Assembly: GCA_965655095.1 (NCBI GenBank)
Contig: OZ296659.1
Coordinates: 66,092,001-66,156,000 of the forward strand
Direction: 5' to 3'
Source of the DNA: Haplodiscus bocki
Taxonomy: Eukaryota
DNA length: 64,000 nt
Shown: piece by piece, positions 49,720 to 62,000 of the stretch
Numbering within the stretch: the stretch's first letter is position 1
Layout of the letters: each line of letters begins with the position of its first letter
The notes under the pieces: model-generated
What the model saw: only the letters and a program-made list of their open reading frames with translations
Database searches by the model: none
Told to the model about the DNA's origin: nothing
Program-made: the position numbers and the translations under genes

Positions 49720-50340
49720 GACATGGCAATTATGCAAATTTATTGCAATATATTTGCATAAATTCAATACAGCGAAATATAACAAAACAATTATGAGAAA
49801 TAATTAAACCAAACGGAAACTAGAGAACCAGCATGTTTCTCACCAATTTCTAAGGTCTGAATTGTATATCTGCGTTATGAACAGACCTTTTCATTTTTCA
49901 TCGAAAATCATCGTTTCATCTGTATCTACTGTTATTGATTGTCAAAAATTGAAAGTCAGCCAGGTCTTAGTCTTGATGATTTCCGATATTATTTGCTAAA
50001 AAATGTTCAAACTCCTATGTATTCCGTAAAATTTTGCAGTATAATTGCATAGTTTCAATAAAGCAAAACATAACAAATCTTTTATGAAAAACACCTCACG
50101 CGAATCAAAAGTAGAGAATCAGCATATTTTTCACCATTTTTATAAGGTCTCAATCAAAGATCTGCGTTGTGAACAAACCATTTCATTTTTCATTGGCTTT
50201 CCTTGTTCCATCTTTATTTACTTTTAATTATTGTCAGTAATTGGAAGTCAGCTAGGTTTTTGTCTCGATGAATTCCGATGTTATTTGCTAAAGTAAGTTC
50301 AAACCTCTAGGTAGTTCGTAGAATATTGAATTAGAATGAT
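49720..50340 (+). repeat. ~320-bp tandem duplication absent from the 40.6-40.95 kb paralog
   Basis: ...taaggtct.aat...gaaca.acc.tttcatttttcat...gtcagc.aggt occurs at ~49850 and ~50145, but once at ~40750. Confidence 0.75.
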
Positions 50341-51490
50341 GCTGCAATAAATCGATGTAAAAAGACAAAATTAAATGCGCACACCACTCGCTGTTATAAA
50401 TCAGTCACATTGTGTCACGGTTTTTGTCCTGTTGATGAAAAAGGATGTACTTTACACAGTCTGTTAGTCTATACGAGTGGTTTTCATCATTCGGATGAAA
50501 ACCGATGAAATCTAAATTGCTGCAAAACGGCACAGTCATAGGTTTATTCAAGTCAGATGTAAACTGAGGGGAATTGTTTCGTCCACCAAATCATTCCGTT
50601 GTTACTTAAAGTTTTAAACATACTTGCCAACTTTACAAAACTCACCAATACCAATTCTTAAACTCTGGTCCAATACATTCTACTATGTCTCTTGTTTGGA
50701 AGGAAAAAGTAGAAGGAAACATCATTCGAGTCTTTTCAGATGAAAAAAGCTTTCAGGCTCTTTTCTTATACTAAAAGTCTCGCCCCTACAGAAGCTACTT
50801 GAAGTGGCTTGCAGTATTCTGGTTGTCGCAATCCGGTTGGCGCATTCCGGTATCTTTTTCGCTAGTTCTACTTTCTTTTGAGCCGGCACTGGAGTCTGTC
50901 ATTTTTCATCGAATTGTTCAACCACATTGTTTATGGATGGGTAGTGTTGTTTTTCTATGCTCAGCGGTACTTTCTACATAAGACATATTGTTGTTTACAT
51001 AATACAAAAATCGCAATCATAACAGGGAGAACAGAAGTGAAAAAACATAAGTTCACTCATACGTCTTCGCGTTTTTGACTACACATAATGCATTAGGATC
51101 TTAGTTGTGATAATGGCTTCATACCTGGAAAACAATCCGTAGCATTAGGGATATGTAGATACCTCATATTTGCCTCATGCGGGCTAGACACTTCCTGGGT
51201 GCTTCTGTTGAAACTGGAGTGCGGGCGTAATGTGCAGAGGTGCTGCTTGCGCATCGCACTTACATCTGTCTTTCGTTAGTTCGGGGAGTCTTGGTTGTCC
51301 TTCGTTGGTTGCTGATGATTTTTCATCGCTACTTGTCCTTCGTTCGTTGTTGATGACTGTTCATCGTTCTTCTTCTTTGTTCTGGGAGTGGCCCCGGACG
51401 CATCTTTTATCTTTTTTGTTCGTATTAATCGGCTTATCGTGTTCTTGGTGAGCATGGCATTTCAACTTTGAAAAGGCTTCTTTTTTCATC

Positions 51491-54400
51491 CACTGGATGA
51501 AGTAATAAAATTTGAAAATAAATTGAACTTCTTCTCCAAAACCTCTACAAAAACGTTTTTTGATGACTCTAGAAAATGAACAACATTAGGGACATAATAC
51601 TACGTGTCAATTGTTCTGAGAAAAAAATTTCTCATAAGGTTAGAGATCCTTGTCACTTAACAGATAAGTATAGAGGAACAGCTCATCGAAAAAGTAAAAA
51701 TAACGTTATACAGAGACAAAGTAACTTTATTTCATTTTTCTCTCCTATTATTAATAACTATGATTGGCATTTGTTGTTCGAAAAATCAGTTGATGAAAAG
51801 AAAGATTCTGTATACTCTGATATTTCTCGACAATAAACGAAGCTTACACATTAGTAACGTATGGTTGTATTGAATTTATTGACAGTTATCGATTGTTATC
51901 CAGCTGTTTACAAAATTTAATTGAAGCGCATTTTGATAACCAATATAAAAAACAATAAAAAGTTTGAAAGAAGAATTTGCTGGAGATGGTATTATTTTGA
52001 ATATTGTTAATGAAAAAGAATCATTAATTAGAAAAGATAGAACTATTGAAGATTTTAATTAAAAAATTATCAAGATGTAATTGAAAAATTGAAAAAAGTT
52101 TCAAATACAACATTGAAAATGATTTGAGAAATTTGAGAATAAAATTCCCTGATAAAGGGGAATATATCAACAAGAAATTAGCATATCCTTAAGAAAACTT
52201 CAATAGTATCGGAGAATATCACAAACCTGTTAGCAATTTAGAAAAAGAAGAAATCTTCAGTGAATTAAAAAAACAACTGTCGTAGTGATGAAGAAATAGA
52301 ACGGACAAAAGCATTTACAAAGTTAGTCAAAATTCAAATGGGAAAAGGAAACGAGAGTGAACTTAAAAATGATGTGATTTTACTTACATGTGTTCTTGAA
52401 AAACTTTTAGAAACATCAATTGAAGAACCTAATGTCAACCCTCTCTACTGTGTAAGCTCACCTGATATACCTGGTTATGTTGATTGAAAATCACTGGTAT
52501 AAACTTACAAACACTTCAAGGTAAAAAGATGTTTTTGTTATTAGAGAATAATACTCGAGGTATGTGAAATCTGATGGAAAAATTATTATAAGGAGTTGCT
52601 ACTATTTTATATGGTTGCGCTTTGAGCGAAACCGTACCTTATGATGAAAATAAATTTGACAAAAATGTTATTTTAGAAGAGATATTAACTACTCTTGATG
52701 ATTCGTATTTTGGTTGTTTCGTTGAGATTGATTTAAGATATCCAGATGAAACAAAGGAAGAAAAAATAAAAAACTTCCATCTTTTCCTGAGGAAAAAGTT
52801 ACTCCTGAGGATAAATTTAGTGATGATATGAACGAGAAAAAACCGAACAATAGCACACAAAATATGAAGTTAGATTGTGCTTGGACTGACAAAAAGAAAA
52901 TCTTTTATTCTTCATAGGATGTTGAAAATTTATGTTGGACACGGAATGATAGTTGATGAAGTTCATGAGACAATACCGTTTGAACAAAAGAAATGGTTGG
53001 AAAAAGACATAAATTTCAATACTCAAAAAAAGCAAGCGAAAAACGGTTTTGGAAGGAACTTCTATTAATTACCAAGAAACGCATTTCATAGGAAGACAAT
53101 GAAAAAGGTTAGAAACAGACTGAAAACAAAATTAGTTCAAAAAAATGTTAGAGAAATTATCAATCATCAATCAAGACTAAGCATGAATGGAACCCATAAA
53201 CCTTATACAGATTATAATAGTTACACATTTACACATAATGAAGTTCTTATGTAAGCCAATTTTCATAGGATTCGCGGTATTAAAACTGGGTAAGTTCCTG
53301 ATGTATGAAACATAATATGATGCTATTGAACCATATTTTGGGGAGAAAAGTACACAACGTCATTACATTGATACGGATGCTTTCGTATTAAGTATAGTTT
53401 CTAGTAACATTATCAAAAATTTACAAACTCTCATTGATTTTTTGACTTGAACAACTTAAAAAAACATGTTTTTTAAATTGTTAAAAACAAGAAAGTGATT
53501 GCAAAATTCGAAAAAGGAACTCTTAAGAACGTTTTTGTGGATGAATTTTTCTGTTTACGAAGTAAAGCATATTCATTTATATGAGGAAGTGATAGTAAGA
53601 AGAAATTGAAAAAATTTTCCAAATCTCATTCGGAAATGTTAAATTTGATGAGAACTAAAATTGCTTATTTAAATGAGATTATCAAAAAAATATGATAAAT
53701 TTAGCTTAGAATTGAATTTATTGAGTGGTTTCAAAAAACGAGAGAGAAATTTTAAAAACTAGAAACTTCAAAAACATTAATAAAACTAAAAACTACGTTT
53801 TGCACAGGGAAACAAATTTGAGATAGTCTGATAGAACTTTCTCTCATAAAAAAAACAACAAAAACTCCACTACAACAAAAACTTTCTACGTGAGTGACTA
53901 TTGGTTCTGTCAGCATGCTGTTATATTATATTCAGAAAAACTTTTTGAAAAAACAATCTTGCACAGTAAATATCTTTAAAGCTTTAGAGTTTTCAATTTT
54001 TTTTTACTGTTCCTGTGTACTCCCCTTGATGCATACTTCAGAACAAAGTTTTGTAAAAATAAATTTTCCTAAAAAAAAAGTTTGCCGGCCATCTTCCAAG
54101 TCCGTGCAAGCACTCCTGGCGCTAGTTCCCCATCTGTACCAAGTTATGGCAAGACAGTTCCTCTCGGACAATCACACCATTTTAATGTATGACAAACACT
54201 CGGGATACGTGTTATTAGGGAGTGAACCCCCGACACTCCAGCTGAGCCTTAACTTCTATCGTTGTCAATCATGTATCATTCAACAAGCTGGAGGCGAGAT
54301 AGAGAGATAGAAACTAGAATTTAAAGAAAACATAAGTATGTGGTAGTGTTAATATTTCAATCTAGCATAGACGCAGGTTAACTACACTTGCAAATTCTTT

Positions 54401-54675
54401 TTACCATTGCCTCCACAGTATTGATTTGAGGATTTTTTCATACTCTGGAGAAAAACGGGTAAGTTAAGTATTTTTTAATGATTTTGCGTCATTCATGTGT
54501 ACCTCTATTGATTTAGTATGTATTGCAAAAATTTTATAAATTCCCCTGTACCCCCATTAACGTAAAAAATGTAATAAAATTTTACAACTGCATCTTTTTC
54601 AATATTTTTTGGCAGCATTTTCCTGGACGTAGTGCATCGTCGCTTCTGGCCTCAAAAGCGATTATTGTAACTACT
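51491..54675 (+). mobile_element. Polinton fragment D': pPolB 3' half + complete right TIR
   Basis: KVRDPCHLTDKYRGTAH; HYIDTDAF (motif C); same left junction (ccactggatgaag) as D; ends ACTACT at 54670-54675. Confidence 0.92.
53894..54310 (+). CDS. 138-aa ORF inside the Polinton TIR (hypothetical)
   Basis: Open in this copy; the same peptide (SKSVQAxLALVPHLYQ...GYVLLGSE...LQLSLNxYRC...IIQQAGGEI) is in the left TIR ORF 20300-20554. Confidence 0.35.
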   Translation: MTIGSVSMLLYYIQKNFLKKQSCTVNIFKALEFSIFFYCSCVLPLMHTSEQSFVKINFPKKKVCRPSSKSVQALLALVPHLYQVMARQFLSDNHTILMYDKHSGYVLLGSEPPTLQLSLNFYRCQSCIIQQAGGEIER

Positions 54676-55234
54676 TGCGAATGTTCACTTTCCGGCGTTC
54701 ATGACTTGACAAAACCTATTTTGCAAGTTAGGCTGTGTAAAATTTAAAAATAATATTGTTCTTTTGAAAAACAAACAACTCATAAATATCGAAAACATTA
54801 TTCGCCTATGTCAAATTCAGCTGGGTGCGATTTGAATAGCAGAGAAAAAATGTAATGAATCTACATGACAAATATTCAAACGTTGATTGGAATTGTCAGA
54901 AACAGAATTTCCTTACACCAAAACATTTCAACTGGAAGAAACCGGATTTGAAAGAAATCTACAGAAAAAGGAACACAAACAGCTTGAAAAAACTTCTCAA
55001 AACCAGGAAATAATTCAACAGCTCCTGTTGTTGGCTTGGCCTTGGCAGCGAAATCAACGAATCTTGCGGTGGTTCACGCTACTACAAAAATTTGGAAAGG
55101 TTTGTCCGGAACGAAGGTAATGAAAGTAAATAATATGCATGGGAAAGGTTTCAGATTGCGAGTATTGTGATTTTATAGTTCAAATAAAGTTTTGTTATAA
55201 GCAGACTAGTTGTATTAAACATTTATTCGAATTT

Positions 55235-55900
55235 GATCTAGTGAAAAAAAATTGTAAATGTAAAGCGATAAGTTTAAAAACTAACTTTCAAAATCGATCA
55301 ACATCTAAAGGTGAAGTACACCCAAACTGTAAATCCTGTAGAAAACAATAATATGATCAGAATCGACAGGAAAGCAAAAGTTGAGGATTAGAAAAAAATG
55401 AAACCAGGATAAGTCTTTATTTGGAAAATCGCGATTGAAAAAAAAATAAAACTAATTAAAAACTTATAATGGGACTATTTCTCCTCAAATTGAATTAATT
55501 AAAAACAGAAAGAAGACTGATAATGATTTTCGTTCAAGTCATTTCATAAAAAACAGGATCTATCCAGCTCTAAAAACAGTCAAAATCATCATCTACAAAA
55601 AGAATTTTAGGATTGAAACTTACAAGAAATTGAAAAAATTCCAGAAGACTCTAGAGATGAACTGTTCAAATGTCGAGACTGATCATGTCAAACCATTTTG
55701 TTTTTCTGATGTATTCAAAAATGATGGAAAAAAAGAAGCGTTTAATTGGATGATCACCCAGCTCCTTTTAAGAAAGCAAAATCGGCATCAAGGAACTTAA
55801 TTTAATTTGTTGAATGATAGATTGCATTCTAATAACTAAATTCAATTTGTTAGATGTTGGATTGCATTTTATAAAAACTTATTATTTCCATGGGCTAAAT
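55235..55900 (+). pseudogene. HNH-like endonuclease relic (copies at ~59180-59850 and ~63130-63800)
   Basis: CKC...HPNCKSCRKQ...KSSSTK.IL...ETDHVKPFCFSDV...KEAFNWMITQLLL..QNRHQG (cf. IDHxxP...FxWxNxQPL...NxxKG). Confidence 0.65.
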
Positions 55901-55929
55901 CAAGAAAGATATCGTTAAAATCTTCATTT

Positions 55930-56480
55930 ATGAAAGTTTTGGTAAATCATCTATGGAAAACTATCCAACCAAGAAAATAAGATTTAATCATGTCGGTGAA
56001 AAATGGAGTGTTGCTGTGATGGATTTGTCTGACTACAAAAAATCGAACAAAAAGGAATTTCGAGATGTTTTCTCTAAAATCGATATTTTCTCGAAACATA
56101 CTTGGTGTATACCAATGATGAGTAAAAACGCTCAATTAATAACAGACGATTCTTCGAGAACTGTACCTACTTCAAATGGAACACCTCTCAAAATCAAGAG
56201 CAATCGAGGTAAAGAATATCAAAATAGCATTTTTCAAAAATTGTTGAGACAGAATGGTATTTATCATTATTCAAGATTCAGTGATAAAGGTCCTGCTATA
56301 CCCAAAACGGTCGCCAGAACGAAAAAGAATTCTAAAGAAACTAAAGAAAAAGTCACACACGTTACAATCTCTAGCAATAGAATCAACTATTCACCCGAGA
56401 GATACAATGAAAACTTATCAAGATCAACAAAACTAACTTTAGGAGAAATAGATCAAGTAGTGAAAAAACAAATTCATTTC
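55930..56480 (+). pseudogene. Polinton-type integrase, internally deleted (copies at ~59880-60430 and 63830-64000)
   Basis: ENYPTKK...EKWSVAVMDLSDY...IDIFSKHTWCIP...PLKIKSNRGKEYQNSIF...HYSRFSDKGP; jumps directly to the C-terminal PERYNENL. Confidence 0.85.
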
Positions 56481-57789
56481 AAGAAAGACACCGCTAGAAG
56501 ATGGAACTAATTGAAATTGAAAGAACTCAAAAGTATCCTAAACAATGTATGCACTGCATACGTAACACAATCCTACGTTTTGCAAACCAATGGACTTGTT
56601 AGAAGTGGATATAATGTAATCAAGAGAAAAAAACGAACTTACAGCAATACACCGGAAGAAATTAATTTCTTGCAACAGACTGATGTATGCTGAAAAAGGA
56701 TTACATGTATTTGCAAAAATGTACAAAAAATATATGAAGGTGATGATAAAGATAAATTGTTTGAATGATTATCAAGATTGGAAAACAAGAAAAAGAATAA
56801 AAGAAAAACTTACTTGAAAACACTATAAAAATGGATGACGAATTTGAAGAAAATTACTGTTCCAGAACAGCAAAAGGTATATATTGAATTGGATAAAACA
56901 GTGTAAGATTATTGAAAAAGTGGCAGATTTTGAGAGATATTTTGAAAACATAAGCTCCTTTGATACAATGGCATCGATTCATCACTTTTCGAAAGAAACA
57001 TCTGAATTGTAAATATTATGTAGAAGCAAAAGGTAAAAAAAAGTAAAATACGTCCAAATGAAAATAAAATGTCACGAGAACCAGAACCAGCAAAATCTTT
57101 GACTACTAAATCCCAGGATAAATTTGATACGAAGATAAGGAAAATCAAGAACTTGTTCAGAAAGGAAGAATTGAATTAGAAGTCAAATTTTATCTATAAA
57201 CAAAACAGAAGAAGACTTTTGAAAAACCTAAAAATTTTTTTGGAATGTGCAAGTTGTAGAAGTTGCAATTGAAATGATTATGAAAGAGGTTGTTTTACTC
57301 TAACTGGTAAATTTATTATTAAAAACCAAAAACCTCAATAGAAAAAGAAGTGCATGGACAAGAAAAAAAAGATTGCCTTATGCAAACAAAAAGATAAGAA
57401 AAACATACTTTTTATGGTGAATAAAAAATTTAAAACAAGAGAAGAAAAGATTAATAAAACACTTAGTTCGAATAGTAGAACAAAATTAAAAATTCATCAG
57501 AACTCAAGTAAATGTTATCATCAAATGAATAATATGAGACAAACTAATGTTTTTCAATTTGAAGAAGATCATTTTAGTAAAGGTGCTCAAGGTAGAGCTT
57601 TGTTAATGCATGAAGCTTTGTCTTTAAGGAAGTTTTTCCAGACGAAACATCAAGTTAAGAATAGGAACATAAATTATTATGACTTGTACAACGCTATCAT
57701 TTTATATTTATCGGATGAAAGAAGAGGCAACTGAGATCTCAGATAAATAAATTCAAGCTTTTTTCTCATACAAATAGAGACGCAAACTG

Positions 57790-57890
57790 GAAGATAGCCT
57801 CAAATGTGGTATTTGTAGTGTTGATGTTCATAGAGCATCTTTTGCAAAACACTTAAAAAGCAAAAGACATTTGGAGAACCAAAAATTTAT
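57790..57890 (+). pseudogene. C2H2 Zn-finger relic like the pPolB N-terminus (copy at ~61750)
   Basis: KCGICSVDVHRASFAKHLKSKRHLEN. Confidence 0.6.
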
Positions 57891-58522
57891 TCCTCCTAAG
57901 TTTGTTATAAAACGGAAAAACATGATCTTGAAAATAAATTAAAATCACTTAGAAATATTAATGAATATCAAAGAAAGAAATAAAAAAAGTTTTAAAAACT
58001 GAAAAACTTCTGATTTTATCTGAAACTTGAAGTAGATCATGCTCAGCAATAACATCACCCACCTTATCATTATTGAATGCAACAAACAGCATAGCTCTGA
58101 TTACATCGATAACTAATTTAATCACAAATGAATTTACTTCAGAATTTAAAATACGATAAACTAAATCAGGAGATTGGACAATTGTAGTTAGTGTACGATA
58201 TGAAAACGCTTTGAAACAATCTGGATACTGACAAAAGATTGATGTGAAAGAAGCACAGGAATTGAAAAAGATTTGTAATCATTACTTCGATAAAAGAACT
58301 GATATAGTGAAGAATACTAAGATTAAAGTAGATGATGGCTTTGGTGATATACCAAGTAAAATAGTACTTTGCCAGAAAAAAAGTAAACCTAACAATTTTT
58401 CAGCCACATTGATTTAAATCCTAATTTTAGTGTGAATGTAGGTTTACTTAAACCCAAAAAGAAAAGTTCATTCGATTTCGAAGCAAGTTCTCCTTCTGAA
58501 AATTCAAACTTTTAGAAAATAA

Positions 58523-59080
58523 ATGACAAAGACTTGGTGTGTTGGTGGTAGACATCATAAAGAAATGGTAAATCAGATTCTATATGAAAGAGTATACCTT
58601 AAAAGTCTAAATTTCGTTATAAAGTTATAGAGGGTAGTTGCTGTACCTGTGGACGAAACAAATCTCATCTTTTTGCTAAGTTAATGACACGAGGAGAAGA
58701 TTTTGAAAAGAGAGGAAAAAGCAAAATCAGACACTGTTCGCCTATGTCAAACTCAGCTGGGTACGATTTGAAAAGCGGAGGAAATATAGTGAAACTACAT
58801 GACAAATATCCAAACGTTGATTGTAATTGTCAGAGACAAATTTTCTTTACACCAAAACAATTCAACTGGAAGGAACCGGATTTGAAAACAATTTAAAAAA
58901 AAATTTTTGAAGGAACCCAAACAGCTTGAAAAAAATTTTTTTAAAACCAAGAAGTAATTCGACAGCTCCTGTTATTGGCTTGGCTTTGGCAGCGAAATCA
59001 ACGAATCTTGCGGTGATTCACGCTACTACAAAAATTTGGAAAGGTTTGTCCGGAGCGTAGGTAATGAAATTAAATAATAT
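58523..59080 (+). pseudogene. Small Zn-ribbon ORF plus basic/amphipathic core-like ORF (copy at ~62475-63030)
   Basis: MTKTWCVGGRH...GSCCTCGRNKSH; MTRGEDF...CNCQRQIFFTPKQF...GTQTA...APVIGLALAAKSTN. Confidence 0.45.
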
Positions 59081-62000
59081 GCACGGGAAAGGTTTCAGAT
59101 TGCGAGTAGTGTGATTTTTGAGTTCAAATAAAGTTTTGTTATAAGAAGACTAGTTGTATTAAACATTTATTCGAATTTGATCTAGTGAAAAAAAATTGTA
59201 AATGTAAAGCGATAATTTTAAAAACTAACTTTCATATTCGATCAGCATCTAAAGGTGAAGTACACCCAAACTGTAAATCCTGTAGAAAACAATAATATGA
59301 TCAGAATCGACAGCAAAGCAAAAGTTGAGGATTAGAAAAAAATGAAACCAGGATAAATTTTTATTTAAAAACTCGCGATTGAAAAAAAAATGAAAATAAT
59401 TAAAAACTTATAATGGGACTAATGCTCCTCAAAATGAATTCATTAAAAACAGAAAGAAGACTGATAATGATTTTCGTTCAAGTCATATCATAAAAAACAA
59501 GATCTATCCAGCTCTAAAAGTTGAGTCAAAATCATCGTCTACAAAAAGAATATTAGAAATTGATAATGAAACTTACAAGAATTGGAAAAAATTCCAGATG
59601 ACTCCAGAGATGAACTGTTCAAATGTCGAGACTGATCATGTCAAACCATTTTGTTTTTCTGATGTATCCAAAAATGATGGCAAAAAAGAAGCGTTTAATG
59701 GGATGATCAGCCAGCTCTCCTTAAAAAAGAAAAATCGGCATCAAGAAACTTAATCTAATTCGTGAAGGAAAGATTGCATTCTTTTAACAAAATTCAATTT
59801 GTTAGATGATGGATTGCATTTTATTAAAGCTTATTATTTTCAAGGGCTAAATCGAGAAAGATATCGTTTAATTCTTCAAATATGAAAGTTATGGTAAAAC
59901 ATTCAGGAAAAACTATGCAACCAACAAAATAATTTTTAATCGAATCGGTGAAAATTGGAGTGTTGCTGTGATGGATTTGTCTGATTACAAAAAATCGAAC
60001 AATGAAGAATTTCGATATGTTTTCATCAAAATCGATGTTTTATCAAAACATACTTGGTGCATACCAATAATGATTAAAACGCTCAAACAATAACAGATGA
60101 TTTTTCGAGGACTGTACCTACTTCAAAACGAACACCTCTCAAAATCAACAGCAATCGAGGTAAGGAATTTTAAAAAAGCATTTTCCAAGATTTGTTGAGA
60201 CAGAATGGTATTTATCCTTTTTCAAGATTCAGTGATAAAGATCCTGCTGTACCATCAACGGTCACTAGAACCAAAAAAGTATTCTGAAGAAACTGAAGGA
60301 AAAGTGACACACGATACAATCTGTAGCAATAGAATCAACTATTCATCCGAGAAGTACAAAAAAAATTTATCAAGTTCAACAAAACTAACATTAGGAGAAA
60401 ATGATCAAGTAAACAAAAAACAAATTTATTTCAAGAAAAACACTGCTAATAGGTGGAACTAATTGAAATTGAAAGAAGTCAAAAGTATCCTAAACAATGT
60501 AGGCACTGTACACGTAACACAATCTTACCTTTTGCAAACCAATGGACTTGTTAGAAGTGGATATAATGTAATCAAGAGAAAAAAACGAACTTACAGAAAT
60601 ACAACGGAAGAATTTAATTTCTTGCAACAGACTGATGTATGCTGAAAAACGATTACATGTATTTGAAAAAGTGTACAAAAAATATATGAAGTTGATGATA
60701 GTGATAAATTGTTTGAATGATTATCAAGATTGGAAAACAAGAAAATGAATAAAAGAAAAACTTACTTGAAAACACTATAAAAATGGATGACGAAATTGAA
60801 CAAAATTACTGTTCCAGAACAGCAAAACGTATATATTGATTTGGAAAAGACAGTATAAAATTATTGAAAAAATGGCAGATTTTGAGAAATATTTTGAAAA
60901 CATAAACTCCTTCGATACAATGGCATCCGTTTTGTCAATTTTCAAATGAGACATCTGAATTGTAAATATTATGTGGGAGCAAAAAAAAAACAACATTAAA
61001 TTCGTCCAAATGAAGTTAAAACGTTACGAGAACCAGAACCAGCGAAATCTTTGTGAGTCAAATCCATGGATAAAATTGATACGACGATAAGGAAAACAAA
61101 GAACATGTTGAGAAAGGAAATAATGAATTAGAAGTCAAATCTTATCCAAAAACAAAACAGAAGAAGACGTTTGAAAAACCTAATATTCTTTCGGAATGTG
61201 CAAGTTGTAGAAATCGCAATTGAATTCAATTGAAAAGAGGTTGTTTTTCTCCGAATGGTGAATTTATTTTCAAAAAACAAAAACCTCCCTCGATAGATAA
61301 AGAAGTGCTTGGACAAAAAAAAGATTGCCCTATGCAAACAAAAATATAAGAAAAACATACTTTTTATGGTAAATAAAAAATTTAAAACAACAGAAGAAAA
61401 GATTAATAAAAAAGTCAGTTCAAAAAATAGAACAAAATCTAAAATTCTTCAGATCTAAAGTAAATGTTATCATCAAATGAATTATTTGAGACAAAGTAAT
61501 GTTTTCCAATTTGAAAAAGGTCCTTTTAGTAAAGGTGCTCAAGGTAGAGCTTTGTTCATGCATGAAGCTTTGTCTGTAAGGAAGTTTTACCAGACGAAAC
61601 ATCAAGTTAACAAAAGGAATATAAATTAATATGACTTGTATTAGGCTATCATTTTATATTTATCAGATGGAAGGAGAGGCAACTGAGATCTCAGATAAAT
61701 AAATTCAAGATTTTTTCTCATACAAATAGAGACGCAAACTGGAAGATAGCCTCAAATGTGATATTTGTAGTGTTGATGTTCATAGAGCATCTTTTGCAAA
61801 ACACTTAAAAAGCAAAAGACATTTGGAGAACCAAAAATTTATTCCTCCTAAATTTGTTATAAAACGGAAAAAAATGATCTTGAAAATAAATTAAAATCAC
61901 TTAGAAAAATTATTGAATATCAAAGAAAGACATAAAAAAAGTTTTAAAAACTGAAAAACTTCTGATTTTAACTGAAACTTGAAGTAGATCATGCTCAGCA

